From the NCBI GenBank assembly GCA_002839315.1, contig PGXV01000005.1:155269-219268 (forward strand): DNA of 64,000 bases, in the 5' to 3' direction. The DNA is from Spirochaetae bacterium HGW-Spirochaetae-3 (GTDB taxonomy: Bacteria; Spirochaetota; Spirochaetia; Treponematales; UBA12059). Made by a program: the position numbers and the translations under genes. Shown piece by piece: positions 1 to 9,856 of this stretch. The notes beneath the pieces were generated by a model. The model saw only the letters and a list, made by a program, of their open reading frames with translations. It did no database searches and was not told the DNA's origin. Within the stretch, counting starts at the first letter, position 1. Each line of letters begins with the position of its first letter.

Positions 1-2067
1 GCGCGCGTGCTCGAGGAGGGCCTAGACCATGACAACCCCCTGCTCGAGCGCTTGCGCTTCCTCGCCATCGTGTCGAGCAACTTCGACGAGTTCTTCATGG
101 TACGCGTCGCGGCCCTCAAGGCCCGCCTGCGCGCCGGCGACGCGACGCCCGACTACTCGGGGCTCGGGCCGGAGGATCTTCTCGTCGCCATAGCGAGGCG
201 CGTAAGGGAGATAACCGGCAAGCAGTACGCGTGCCTGGCCCACGAGCTGTTCCCGGCCCTCCTCGCCGAGGGGCTCGCGGTCATGCGCCCCGCCGACTAC
301 GAGCCGGAGGCACGGCGCTGGCTCGAGGAGTACTTTACCGGCCAGGTCGCGCCCGCGCTGACGCCGCTGGCCCTCCCGCCCGTCGTCGAGGGCGGCCCGC
401 CGCCCGAGTTCCCCACTACCGGCAACCTCCGAATACACGCCGCCTTCCTGTTGCGGGCAACAGACGGAGGCGAGGAGCGGCTGGCCATAATCCAGGTGCC
501 GTCGAACCTGGGTCGCTTCGTACGCCTGCCTATGGGCGACGGCGTACGGTTCGCGCTGCTAGACGACCTCGTCATGGATTTCGGCCACCGGCTCTTCCCC
601 GGATACGCGGTCAAGGAACGGACCCTGTTCAAGGTTACGAGGGACGCCGATATAGGCGTCGACGAGGACCGCGACGACGACTTCGTCGCCGCGATGGAGG
701 AAGTCCTCGTCAACCGGCAGAATTCGTGGCCCGTCAGGCTGTCCATATCGGCGGACTCCGAGGCGCTCGAATCGATGATCAAGGCCGCGATGGGCCTGGG
801 CGACGACGACGTCTTCACGCTTTCCGGCCCCATCGACCTCAAGGGCTTCATGGAGCTGGCCGACCTCAAGGGTTTCGAGCGGCTCCGCTTCAAGACCCGT
901 AGCCCCCGCTCGCCGCTGGCGCTGTCCGAGGATAATACGATATGGGACGAGATGCGCAAGCGCGACATCGTGCTGCACCTGCCGTACGAGTCGTTCCAGC
1001 CGGTCGTCGACCTCGTCGAGGCCGCGGCCGCCGATCCCGCCGTCCTGGCCATCAAGGCCACGCTGTACCGCACTTCGGGTAACTCGCCGATAGTCAAGGC
1101 GCTGACCAGGGCCGCGCGGTCCGGCAAGCAGGTAACGGCCGTCGTCGAGCTGAAGGCGCGCTTCGACGAGGAGCGCAATATCGCTTGGGCGTCGCGGCTA
1201 GAGCAGGCCGGGGCGATAGTCGTCTTCGGAGCGGCCAGGCTCAAGGTGCACGCCAAGGCGATACTCGTCGTCAGGCGCGAGGAGGACGGGCTCGTCCGGC
1301 GGTACGTCCATCTATCCACGGGGAACTACAACGACAAGACCGCCAAGCTCTACGGCGACCTTTCGCTGTTCTCCTCGAATCAGACCATCTGCGCCGAGAC
1401 GGGCTTGTTCTTCAATATGATCACCGGACTGTCGGCGCTGACCGAACTGCGCCACCTGTCGATGGCGCCCTTCGACCTCAAGCACCGAATCGTCTCGATG
1501 ATAGAGCGAGAGGCGGAGCGGTCGAGTCCCGAGTCGCCGGGGCTGATAGCGGCCAAGATGAACTCGCTATGCGACAAGGACATCATCGACGCGTTGTATA
1601 GGGCCTCCAAGGCGGGGGTCAAGGTGATGCTCAACGTACGCGGCATATGCCAGCTCGTCCCCGGCGTAAAGAGCCTGTCGGAGAACATCCGGGTCGTCTC
1701 GGTGATAGGACGCTATCTCGAGCACGCCAGGATATGCTATTTCCGCAATGGCGGCACCGAGGAACTCTACATGTCCAGCGCCGACTGGATGCCGCGCAAC
1801 CTGGAGAAGCGTATAGAGCTGCTGTTCCCCGTGTTCGGCGAAGAGGCCCGGGACCGGGTCTACGACGCGTTGATGTCGTACTTCCTCGATAACGCCAAGG
1901 CTCGTGAGCTCGGGCCTTCCGGCCACTGGCACCGGGTCAAGCCGGCCGAGGGAGAGAAACGTTTCTCCGCCCAGGAGTACTTCTACGAGGACGCCGTGAA
2001 GCGGCTCGAGCGCGCGGACATAGCTACCGAGGACAAGGTGCTCCAGGTACGCCGGAGCCCCCCGTAG
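1..2067 (+). CDS. ppk1: Polyphosphate kinase 1 (5' truncated by window edge)
   Basis: PLLERLRFLAIVSSNFDEFFMVRVA, LHLPYESF, ELKARFDEERNI, KVHAK, TGNYN, GRYLEHARI, SADWMPRNL motifs. Confidence 0.95.
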   Translation, partial: ARVLEEGLDHDNPLLERLRFLAIVSSNFDEFFMVRVAALKARLRAGDATPDYSGLGPEDLLVAIARRVREITGKQYACLAHELFPALLAEGLAVMRPADYEPEARRWLEEYFTGQVAPALTPLALPPVVEGGPPPEFPTTGNLRIHAAFLLRATDGGEERLAIIQVPSNLGRFVRLPMGDGVRFALLDDLVMDFGHRLFPGYAVKERTLFKVTRDADIGVDEDRDDDFVAAMEEVLVNRQNSWPVRLSISADSEALESMIKAAMGLGDDDVFTLSGPIDLKGFMELADLKGFERLRFKTRSPRSPLALSEDNTIWDEMRKRDIVLHLPYESFQPVVDLVEAAAADPAVLAIKATLYRTSGNSPIVKALTRAARSGKQVTAVVELKARFDEERNIAWASRLEQAGAIVVFGAARLKVHAKAILVVRREEDGLVRRYVHLSTGNYNDKTAKLYGDLSLFSSNQTICAETGLFFNMITGLSALTELRHLSMAPFDLKHRIVSMIEREAERSSPESPGLIAAKMNSLCDKDIIDALYRASKAGVKVMLNVRGICQLVPGVKSLSENIRVVSVIGRYLEHARICYFRNGGTEELYMSSADWMPRNLEKRIELLFPVFGEEARDRVYDALMSYFLDNAKARELGPSGHWHRVKPAEGEKRFSAQEYFYEDAVKRLERADIATEDKVLQVRRSPP

Positions 2068-2086
2068 GGGAGAGCCCTATGAAGGT

Positions 2087-3640
2087 TCAGGCCGGCGACC
2101 TGCCGTATAGTACGGTCATCGCCCGCAGTTCCTCGGCGAGGCGTCCGCCGGGCGCTTGATCCAGGCGCCAGGACCAGTTGCCTCCGATCGTGCTCGGCGT
2201 GTTCATACGGGCCTCGTTCCCGAGACCCATCGCGTCCTGCATCGGGAATACGGTCAATCCGGCAGCGCTTTTCATCGCTTCCCGTACGAGCGCCCGTACC
2301 GTATCCGCGGGCGCGTACCCCAGGTAGGCGCGTATGAAGGCCCGTTCCTCCGCGCTGGCGCCGGAAAGCCATCCGGCGAGGGTCTCGTTGTCGTGGGTGC
2401 CGGTATACGCGACGCATTCGGGCACGTAGTTATGGGGCAGGAACGGGTTTTCCGGATCCAGGCCTCGGCCCGATTCTTCGGCGTCGAAACCGAATTGCAG
2501 TACGCGCATGCCGGGCAGGCCGAATCGCGTCCGTAATTCTACGACGTCGTCGGTGATGAGGCCGAGATCCTCGGCGACGATGGGTAGCGCGTGCCCGGAT
2601 CGATCTACGACGGCCGATAACAAGGCCGCCCCGGGAGCGGGTTCCCACTCGCCGCGCCTGGCGGTCGCCTCCGCGGCCGGAACCGCCCAGCACGCGACGA
2701 GGCCCCGGAAGTGGTCGATGCGGACCATGTCGTACATCGATAGCGCGGCCTCTATCCTGTCCGTCCACCACGAGAAGCCCGTCGCCTCGTGCCTGTCCCA
2801 CGCGTACAGCGGATTGCCCCATAGCTGGCCGTCCGCGGAGAAGTAATCCGGAGGGACGCCCGCGACCTCGGTCGGCCGTCCTCCGGCGTCCAGCCGGAAC
2901 AGCTCCGGGTTGGCCCACGCGTCGGCCGAGTCCATCGCGACGAAGATGGGCAGGTCACCCATGATACCGACGCCTCTCCTCTCGGCGTATGCCCGGAGCT
3001 CGTCCCATTGCGTCCTGAAGAGGTATTGCTCCGCCTCGACAAGCGCTATCGCCGACGCGTCCGAACGGCGACGCTCGCGCATCGCCTTCGCTTCCCGCCT
3101 GGCGAGCCAGGCGGGCCACCAGGCGTTCCATGACGAATCCGCTACGCCCGCCGCCCCGGCCTTCTCGTCGTACTCCCGCTTGATACAGATGAAAAGCGCG
3201 TAGTCGTCGAGCCACGAGGCGTTGCGCTCCCGGAAGGCGGCCAGTTCGCGGGTTCTATCGCCCGAGGAGACGAGGCGTTCCGCCGCCTTGCGGACGAGCG
3301 CCCGTTTCATCGGGATGACCGAGGCGTAGTCCACCGGGCCGTCGACGGGCGCGCGGGAAGCGTCGAGCTCGGCGCCGGTCAGGAGCCCGTCCCGGAGCAG
3401 TAGCTCGGGAGATACGAGCAGCTCGTTGCCCGCGAAGCTGGAAAGCGGGGCGTACGGGGAGTCGCCGTAACCGGTCGGGCCCAGGGGTAGCACCTGCCAG
3501 ACGCGTTGTCCCGCGCTCTGGAGCCAGTCGATGAAGCGAACGGCGGAGGGTCCGATGTCGCCTATTCCGAAGGACCCGGGCAACGATGTGGGGTGCAATA
3601 GTATTCCGCTCGACCTGGCAAGGCCCATTTGTTTCTCCAT
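2087..3640 (-). CDS. malQ: 4-alpha-glucanotransferase (amylomaltase, GH77)
   Basis: RSSGILLHPTSLPG, WQVLPLGPTGYGDSPY, GVPPDYFSADGQLWGNP, RIDHFRG, AEDLG, YTGTHDN, RMNTP. Confidence 0.95.
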   Translation of the reverse strand: MEKQMGLARSSGILLHPTSLPGSFGIGDIGPSAVRFIDWLQSAGQRVWQVLPLGPTGYGDSPYAPLSSFAGNELLVSPELLLRDGLLTGAELDASRAPVDGPVDYASVIPMKRALVRKAAERLVSSGDRTRELAAFRERNASWLDDYALFICIKREYDEKAGAAGVADSSWNAWWPAWLARREAKAMRERRRSDASAIALVEAEQYLFRTQWDELRAYAERRGVGIMGDLPIFVAMDSADAWANPELFRLDAGGRPTEVAGVPPDYFSADGQLWGNPLYAWDRHEATGFSWWTDRIEAALSMYDMVRIDHFRGLVACWAVPAAEATARRGEWEPAPGAALLSAVVDRSGHALPIVAEDLGLITDDVVELRTRFGLPGMRVLQFGFDAEESGRGLDPENPFLPHNYVPECVAYTGTHDNETLAGWLSGASAEERAFIRAYLGYAPADTVRALVREAMKSAAGLTVFPMQDAMGLGNEARMNTPSTIGGNWSWRLDQAPGGRLAEELRAMTVLYGRSPA

Positions 3641-3804
3641 GCATATGTATAGGGGCGTACTATCGCGATGTCAAATGGCGCGGAATGCGGAATCGCGGCA
3701 TTGAGCTTGCGTGGCGCCCGGATGAGTGCTACCATCAACACCCCGAACCGTTGCTTTCCGCTACGGTTCATCATAGTATTAGTTGTTATGTTAAGGAGGT
3801 TTCC

Positions 3805-5361
3805 ATGAAACGATTCGGCTTGATACTGGCCGCCGTAGCCGCGATTTTCGCGGTTGCATGTGTAAGCCAGCCCGCCGCGCCCGCCGGCGGCGAGGTAACG
3901 ATCGCCGTGCTTCACGTAAATGATACGCACGGTCATCCGATAGCCTATAATAACGGTTCGAACATCGCCGTCGGCGGACTACCCGCGATGGCCATGCTCG
4001 TAGGCCAGACGCGCGCCGAGTACGACAACGTGCTCGTACTGGACGCCGGCGACTATAACACCGGCCTGTCCGAGTCCAACTTCTTCAAGGCCGAGCCGGA
4101 CATCGTCGGGCGGAACATGATCGGTTTCGACGCGGTCGCCTTGGGCAACCACGAATTCGACAACGAGCTGTCCGTGCTCAAGACGCAGATGGACCTCGCC
4201 GAGTTCCCGATGCTCGCCGCCAACGTCAAGACCAAGGACGGCGCCTATGTCGCCGACGCTCCGTACATCGTCAAGACGTTCCAGGGCGTCAAGGTCGGTA
4301 TCTTCGGCCTGATCACCAAGGAGACCGAGACCGTAGGCAACCCCGCCATCGTCAAGGACCTGGTGTTCGAGGACGAGATCGAGACCGCCAAGGAGATGGT
4401 CAAGGTTCTCCGCGAGAAGGAGAAGGTCCAGGTCGTCATCGCCCTCGTGCACCTCGGCATGGACGACGTCTACTCTCCCGGCTCCAAGGGCCTCGCCGCC
4501 GCCGTATCCGGCATCGACCTGATCGTCGACGGGCACAGCCATACGTACATAACGGAGCCCGTCGTCGTCAACGGTACCCCGATAGTTCAGGCCAACCAGT
4601 GGGGCATGTACGTCGGCAAGGGCGTGCTCACCGTCAAGGACGGCAAGGTAGCCGGCTTTACGTGGGAGCCCGTTTCGATCAACCATAACAAGAAAGGCGA
4701 ACCCGTAGGCCCGCAGTTCGAGCAGCATCCGCTCATCCAGCCCGTGCTCTCCGATTACGCCGACAGGGTCGAGGGCCTGCTCAAGGAGAAGATCGGCGTA
4801 GCCGCCGACACCTTCCCGAACGCGATGACCCGCAAGGCCGAGACGGCCATCGGCGACCTCGTCACCGACGCCATGAAGTACGTCACCGCCGCCCAGGGCG
4901 TCGATTTCGCGATGAACAACGGCGGCGGCATCCGCGCCGACCTTCCCGCCGGGGACATCACCAAGAAGTCGGTCTTCACGGTGCTGCCCTTCGATAATTC
5001 CGTCACCGTCATCAAGCTCAAGGGCGTCGACGTGCAGGCCATGTTCGACTACATCGCCACGACGATCGGCAAGGGCGCCTTCGCCCAGATGTCCGACGGC
5101 GTCAGCTATACGATCAACGTCGCGGCAGGCAAGTGCGAGAACGTGCTTATAGGCGGAAAGCCGATCGATCCGGCCAAGGTCTATACCATCGCCACCAACT
5201 CCTATCTCGCCGACGGCGGAGACGGTTACGCGATGTTCAAGAACCAGCTTAATCGCTACGAGACGAGCATGTTCCAGCGCGACGCGCTGATACAGTACGT
5301 GCAGAAGCTCGGTAAGGCCGTCGTTCCCGAGGTCAAGGGACGCATCAAGATCGTAGAGTAA
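3805..5361 (+). CDS. 5'-nucleotidase/UDP-sugar hydrolase family lipoprotein
   Basis: AAGGAGG RBS before ATG 3805; signal peptide ending VAC; HVNDTHG, LDAGD, GNHEFD, DGHSH, NGGGIR, VLPFDN. Confidence 0.9.
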   Translation: MKRFGLILAAVAAIFAVACVSQPAAPAGGEVTIAVLHVNDTHGHPIAYNNGSNIAVGGLPAMAMLVGQTRAEYDNVLVLDAGDYNTGLSESNFFKAEPDIVGRNMIGFDAVALGNHEFDNELSVLKTQMDLAEFPMLAANVKTKDGAYVADAPYIVKTFQGVKVGIFGLITKETETVGNPAIVKDLVFEDEIETAKEMVKVLREKEKVQVVIALVHLGMDDVYSPGSKGLAAAVSGIDLIVDGHSHTYITEPVVVNGTPIVQANQWGMYVGKGVLTVKDGKVAGFTWEPVSINHNKKGEPVGPQFEQHPLIQPVLSDYADRVEGLLKEKIGVAADTFPNAMTRKAETAIGDLVTDAMKYVTAAQGVDFAMNNGGGIRADLPAGDITKKSVFTVLPFDNSVTVIKLKGVDVQAMFDYIATTIGKGAFAQMSDGVSYTINVAAGKCENVLIGGKPIDPAKVYTIATNSYLADGGDGYAMFKNQLNRYETSMFQRDALIQYVQKLGKAVVPEVKGRIKIVE

Positions 5362-5399
5362 CGAGCAATCGTACGCGCCGCGGCTGACGGGCCGCGGCA

Positions 5400-5435
5400 A
5401 GCGCCGCCCGATCGTAACGGGCGGCGCTTTTTTTT
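5400..5435 (+). terminator. Intrinsic terminator
   Basis: AGCGCCGCCCG..CGGGCGGCGCT stem followed by T-run after the nucleotidase gene. Confidence 0.8.
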
Positions 5436-5471
5436 GCTCCGGAGGATTTACGCGGCGTCGGGTAAGGCGGC

Positions 5472-6248
5472 TCAGCGCGCGACGGCGGCGGCGAGCAGGA
5501 GGACGAGCAGTTCGCCGAGCTCTACGGCCGCGCCGAGAGCGTCTCCGGAGTAGCCGCCCATGCGCTCGGAGTACCAGTGGGCGACGAAGGCCGCGACGGT
5601 TATCGCCGCCAGTCCCCCGACCAGCATCGCGGCGACGGCGCCGACGGGGCCGTAGGCGGCGCCGAACAGGATAGCCGCCGGGACGGCCGCTATCGCGTAC
5701 CCTATCGTGGACGAGACGGGCGACGGCCGGCCGAGCGTAGCGGCCAGGCCGCCCTCGGCGTACGGTTCCGCGATCGCCGTTACCAGGATCGAGCCGAGCC
5801 TGCCCGAGGCCGGCGCAAGCGCCAGGGCTCCCCAGGCCGCGGGCCCGCCGCGAACGAGTAGCGCGGATACGGCGCCGAGCCTGCAGGAAAGCGTCAGGAA
5901 ACCGGCGAATAAGGCGAACGAGCCTATCCGCGGATCCTTGAGCACCGCGCGTCGCCTCTCGGCGTCCCCGAATACGCCGGCCGCGTCGGCCGTGTCCAGC
6001 AGGCCGTCCAGGTGGAACAGGTTGAACGGGACGTATTGCGCGGCGATCGCGCAGGCGGCCGCGAGCATGCCGGGGCCGAAGGCGAGGGTGCCCAGCCATG
6101 CGCCCGCGCAGGCGAACGCAGCGGCGCCCGTACCTACGACAGGCATCCAGAAGCCGACGGCGCTATAATCGGGTTCCGAACGGAGCGGGGCAGGAATCCG
6201 CGATACGAGCGACAGCGTACTCAGGAAACCGTGCAAAGGCGCGTTCAT
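5472..6248 (-). CDS. cobS: Adenosylcobinamide-GDP ribazoletransferase (cobalamin synthase)
   Basis: FHLDGLLDTADA, LKDPRIGSFA, GGYSGDALGA; hydrophobic; start MNAPLHGF overlaps upstream stop. Confidence 0.9.
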   Translation of the reverse strand: MNAPLHGFLSTLSLVSRIPAPLRSEPDYSAVGFWMPVVGTGAAAFACAGAWLGTLAFGPGMLAAACAIAAQYVPFNLFHLDGLLDTADAAGVFGDAERRRAVLKDPRIGSFALFAGFLTLSCRLGAVSALLVRGGPAAWGALALAPASGRLGSILVTAIAEPYAEGGLAATLGRPSPVSSTIGYAIAAVPAAILFGAAYGPVGAVAAMLVGGLAAITVAAFVAHWYSERMGGYSGDALGAAVELGELLVLLLAAAVAR

Positions 6249-6946
6249 ATGGCCCCCCAGGCGTCCCTGAGGATCGCCGCCGCGGCATCCAGCTCCGCCC
6301 ATGCGAATAGTTCCATCTCGATGACGCCGCTGAACGAGCGGGCGAAAGGGGAGAGGTCCGAAAGCCAGCGCTCGCCGGCGGCGAACGGGATGTGGTCGCG
6401 CTCGCCGTCGTAGCCGTGCACGTGAAGCTCGGAGATGCGTCCCGCCCGCTCCGCTACCCAAGCCGACGGCTCGACGCCTTCCACGCGCAGGTGGCCGATG
6501 TCGGCGCATAGGCGCGGAGGGCCGTACTCCGAGTCGGCGAGCGCGCGGTTGGCCGTATCGAATCGAGTCAGGACGGTATTCTCGAGGAAGAAGCGGTCCG
6601 GCCCGTATCGCCCGCGCCATTCGTCCATAAGGTAGACGAAATCGGAGAGTCGGTCGTCGACGCGGGGCGGGTGTATAACGAACGACGAGGCGTAGCCGGC
6701 CGTCGCCTCGAGGATTTCCTCGTGCGACGCCTCTACGGCGTCGGGCATGTGCACGGTAAAGCCGAAGCGAGGGCTATACGACTCGATATCGCGGCGCTCC
6801 GCCTTCAACAGGGCCCGGGCGTCGTCGTCGTAGATGAAGAATAGCAGCTCGACGTCGCGCTGGGCGGTACGCTCGTCGAGGAAGCGGAGGTTCTCGACGT
6901 AGGTACCCGGTAGTACGTACGAGGGTACCGACAGGCGGGCGCTCAT
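6245..6946 (-). CDS. cbiR: Cobamide-remodelling phosphodiesterase CbiR-like (AP endonuclease 2/TIM-barrel family)
   Basis: PSYV.PG...EN, VELLFF, TVHMP, IHP, LEN, CADIGHL, ELHVHG...RDH, EMELF; located between cobU and cobS. Confidence 0.7.
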   Translation of the reverse strand: MSARLSVPSYVLPGTYVENLRFLDERTAQRDVELLFFIYDDDARALLKAERRDIESYSPRFGFTVHMPDAVEASHEEILEATAGYASSFVIHPPRVDDRLSDFVYLMDEWRGRYGPDRFFLENTVLTRFDTANRALADSEYGPPRLCADIGHLRVEGVEPSAWVAERAGRISELHVHGYDGERDHIPFAAGERWLSDLSPFARSFSGVIEMELFAWAELDAAAAILRDAWGAI

Positions 6947-7425
6947 TTGACCCTGAGCGGGATGCCCGCGACCATCAGCTCCACGCGGTCGACGGCCGCC
7001 GCGAGCCGGGCGTTGGCCAGTCCCAGGGCGATGCCGTAGCGACGGCTAAGGGGGTCGGCCGGGATGACGCCCATGCCTATCTCGTTGGTGACGATAACGA
7101 CGTCGTCGGGTAATCGAGCTATGAAGCGGCCGAGTATCGCGTCCCATTCGCCTTCGCGATCGGAGAAGAACAGGTTGTTGAGCCACATCGGGATGCAATC
7201 GACTATCATGCGGCTACGGACTTCAACGTCTATAGCAACGGGTTCCTCGATGGTCGAGAAGGAAGACGCTCGCTCCGCCCTGTGTCGCTCTATCCGATCG
7301 CGCATCTCGTCGTCGAACGGCGTCGCCGTCGCGAGGAACCATCTATCGGGAGAGAACGGAAGAGCCAATTCAAGCGCGCGCCGCGATTTACCGGACTTTA
7401 CCCCGCCCGTCACCAATGTTGTCAT
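6943..7425 (-). CDS. cobU: Adenosylcobinamide kinase/guanylyltransferase
   Basis: LVTGGVKSGKS, EMRDRIERHRAER, TIEEP, VDC, VTNEIGMG. Confidence 0.92.
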   Translation of the reverse strand: MTTLVTGGVKSGKSRRALELALPFSPDRWFLATATPFDDEMRDRIERHRAERASSFSTIEEPVAIDVEVRSRMIVDCIPMWLNNLFFSDREGEWDAILGRFIARLPDDVVIVTNEIGMGVIPADPLSRRYGIALGLANARLAAAVDRVELMVAGIPLRVK

Positions 7426-7499
7426 GCATCGACAGTATACGCAGCGCCACGGCTCGTCAAGCGAATCGGCATTCTCATGCGGTCCGTGGCGGAGATGCT

Positions 7500-8171
7500 T
7501 TACTTTTTCTTCGCGGCCCTGGGCTTGGCGGCTTTTGGCTCTTCGCCCGGCTTCCGCGCGAGGGCGCAGAGGGCGTTGAAGGTCTTCTTCCCGTCCTTGC
7601 GCGGGTCGTAGCCGTCTACATCCTCAAGCCAGGAGTACATGATCTGGAACAGCGCGCCCACGGACACCGTCGCGAAGGGATCCAGTTCGAATCCCGCGAC
7701 GAGCTGGCCGGCGGACTTGGCTTCCTTGAGGCAGTCTACGATAGCCGCCCGCAAGGCCGCGTTGAGCTCGGCGACTTTCGTCTTGAGCTTGGGCGATTGG
7801 CGGAACACAGGGTCCGGCTTCGCGATGATATACGCGAATTCCGGATGGTCCCGCAGTATCGAGAATACTTTCTCGACTCCCGACTCCAGCCGATCGAGTC
7901 CCTTGCCCTCGCCGTCCTTGAAACCGGCTACGAAACGGCCGTAGAACAACTCCGTGACCGTATATAGCGACTGGAAAACGCCGTCGACGCCGTCGAAGTG
8001 CCTAAATATGGCGGGTTCGGTAACGCCGGCGTTACCGGCGATATTCTTCAGGGTCGCCGAGCGCGGACCTTGTTCGCGCATGACCACGGCGGCCGACCTA
8101 AGGAGAGCCGATTTGGCCTTGGAATACGGCCAATCGTCTCCGAAAACAGTCTCTTCTCTACTCATGTCCAT
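7500..8171 (-). CDS. TetR/AcrR family regulator
   Basis: N-terminal HTH ATLKNIAGNAGVTEPAIFRHF. Confidence 0.85.
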   Translation of the reverse strand: MDMSREETVFGDDWPYSKAKSALLRSAAVVMREQGPRSATLKNIAGNAGVTEPAIFRHFDGVDGVFQSLYTVTELFYGRFVAGFKDGEGKGLDRLESGVEKVFSILRDHPEFAYIIAKPDPVFRQSPKLKTKVAELNAALRAAIVDCLKEAKSAGQLVAGFELDPFATVSVGALFQIMYSWLEDVDGYDPRKDGKKTFNALCALARKPGEEPKAAKPRAAKKK

Positions 8172-8348
8172 ATGCTACCTCCGTTGCGTAATAAAGAAAA
8201 GTATAATTGATATTAATTTTGAACTTTGAATAGCTATTTATGGTTATCATATTATATAGTTTATATAGAATGTTGAATTTTAATTATAGGAAAAATTTAA
8301 TATGATTTCAACGAATCAAGCGAAAAAACGGGAAAACTTTAAAAAATA

Positions 8349-8374
8349 ACCCCGGAGCGTTATCGCTCCGGGGT
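8349..8374. terminator. Hairpin, probable terminator of the liv operon
   Basis: ACCCCGGAGCG-TTAT-CGCTCCGGGGT perfect stem with an A-run on its left (T-run on minus strand). Confidence 0.7.
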
Positions 8375-8390
8375 CTCGGGGGCGCGACGC

Positions 8391-9101
8391 CTAGATGCCC
8401 TCTCCTAGATACGCCCGTTGTACGCGATCGTCGGCGAGCAGTTCCTTGCCGGGGCCCGATAGCGTGATGCGGCCCGTTTCCAGTACGTAGCCGTAATCGG
8501 CTATCTCGAGCGCCGCCTTGGCGTTCTGCTCTACGAGGAGTATCGTCGTGCCCTCGGCGTTTATCGTTCGTATGATGTCGAAGATCATTTTGACGATGAG
8601 CGGAGCTAGCCCCAGCGACGGCTCGTCCATCATCAGGAGCTTGGGCCTGGACATGAGCGCCCTGGCCACCGCGAGCATCTGCTGCTCGCCGCCCGACAGC
8701 GTCCCGGCCTTCTGCTTCTGCCTCTCCTCCAGCCGCGGGAACAGCTTGTAGGCTTTTCTCTTGTCGGCCTCGACCCCGTCCTTGTCGTTGCGCGCGAACG
8801 CGCCGAGCGCGAGATTCTCCTCCGTCGTAAGGTTCGGGAATATCCTGCGGCCCTCGGGCGCCAGTACTACGCCCTTGCGTACGATATCCTTGGTTCCTAA
8901 CGGACCGATAGGAACTCCGTCGAGGGTGATGGTCCCCGAGCTCGGCTTTACGAGGCCTACGATCGAATTGAGCGTCGTGCTCTTGCCGGCGCCGTTGGCC
9001 CCGATCAGCGTGACGATCTTGCCTTCGGGAACCTCGAACGACACGCCCTGGAGGGCGTGGATGCCGCCGTAGTGCACCGACAGATCTTCTATGCGCAGCA
9101 T
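8391..9101 (-). CDS. livF: Branched-chain amino acid ABC ATPase
   Basis: GANGAGKS, PEGRRIF, LSGGEQQM, DEPSLGLAP, VEQN. Confidence 0.92.
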   Translation of the reverse strand: MLRIEDLSVHYGGIHALQGVSFEVPEGKIVTLIGANGAGKSTTLNSIVGLVKPSSGTITLDGVPIGPLGTKDIVRKGVVLAPEGRRIFPNLTTEENLALGAFARNDKDGVEADKRKAYKLFPRLEERQKQKAGTLSGGEQQMLAVARALMSRPKLLMMDEPSLGLAPLIVKMIFDIIRTINAEGTTILLVEQNAKAALEIADYGYVLETGRITLSGPGKELLADDRVQRAYLGEGI

Positions 9102-9856
9102 CAATCCACCCCCAGGTATGCTTCGATTACCTTGGGGTCCCGACGTATCTCGTCGGGAGACCCGTGGGCTATCGTGACTCCGTAATCCAGCACGTACATC
9201 CTCGTGCATACTCCCATCACCACCTGCATATGGTGCTCGATGAGGAGTATCGTCAGGTCGTACTGGTCCCTGATCTTGACGATGAAATCCATCAGCTCCA
9301 GCGATTCCTGCGGGTTCATGCCGGCCGCCGGCTCGTCCAGAAGCAATAGGGACGGCTCGGTCGCCAACGCCCTGACTATCTCCAGGCGCCTCTGCTTGCC
9401 GTAGGGTAGCGACGTGGAGGCCTCGTGCGCCTGGTCCGCCAGGCCTACCGATTCGAGGAGCGACATCGCGAACTCGCGGGAGCGCCTCTCCTTGGCGCGG
9501 TAGGCTGGCAGGTGGAGCGTCGACGCGAAGACCCCGACGCCCATGCGGAGGTGGCAGGCGACGAGTACGTTATCGAGCACGTCCATGTCCTTCCAGAGGC
9601 GTATGTTCTGGAATGTTCGCGCTATGCCGAGTTCAGTGATCTTGTGTGGCTTGGCGCCCGTTACGTCCTGGCCCTTGAAGACGATGCGGCCCTCGCTGGG
9701 TTTATAGACGCCGGTGATTGTATTGAAGGCCGTCGTCTTGCCGGCGCCGTTGGGGCCGATAAGCCCGACGATCTCGTTCTTCTCGATGCTGATGTTCAGG
9801 TCGGACACGGCGGTCAGTCCGCCGAACCTCATCGACACGTTCTCGGTCCGTATCAC
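9101..9856 (-). CDS. livG: Branched-chain amino acid ABC ATPase
   Basis: FGGLTAV, GPNGAGKTT, ARTFQNIRL, LPYGKQRRLEI, DEPAAGMN, IEHHM; GTG start. Confidence 0.92.
   Translation of the reverse strand: MIRTENVSMRFGGLTAVSDLNISIEKNEIVGLIGPNGAGKTTAFNTITGVYKPSEGRIVFKGQDVTGAKPHKITELGIARTFQNIRLWKDMDVLDNVLVACHLRMGVGVFASTLHLPAYRAKERRSREFAMSLLESVGLADQAHEASTSLPYGKQRRLEIVRALATEPSLLLLDEPAAGMNPQESLELMDFIVKIRDQYDLTILLIEHHMQVVMGVCTRMYVLDYGVTIAHGSPDEIRRDPKVIEAYLGVD

Noticed and set aside
3979..6099. 706-aa minus-strand ORF and many similar long overlapping ORFs in the GC-rich flanks
   Set aside because: Shadow frames of real genes; Arg/Gly/Pro-rich with no motifs, as expected at high GC
8190..8345. AT-rich island in the host flank
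   Set aside because: Ordinary promoter region of the TetR gene; no mobile-element signature
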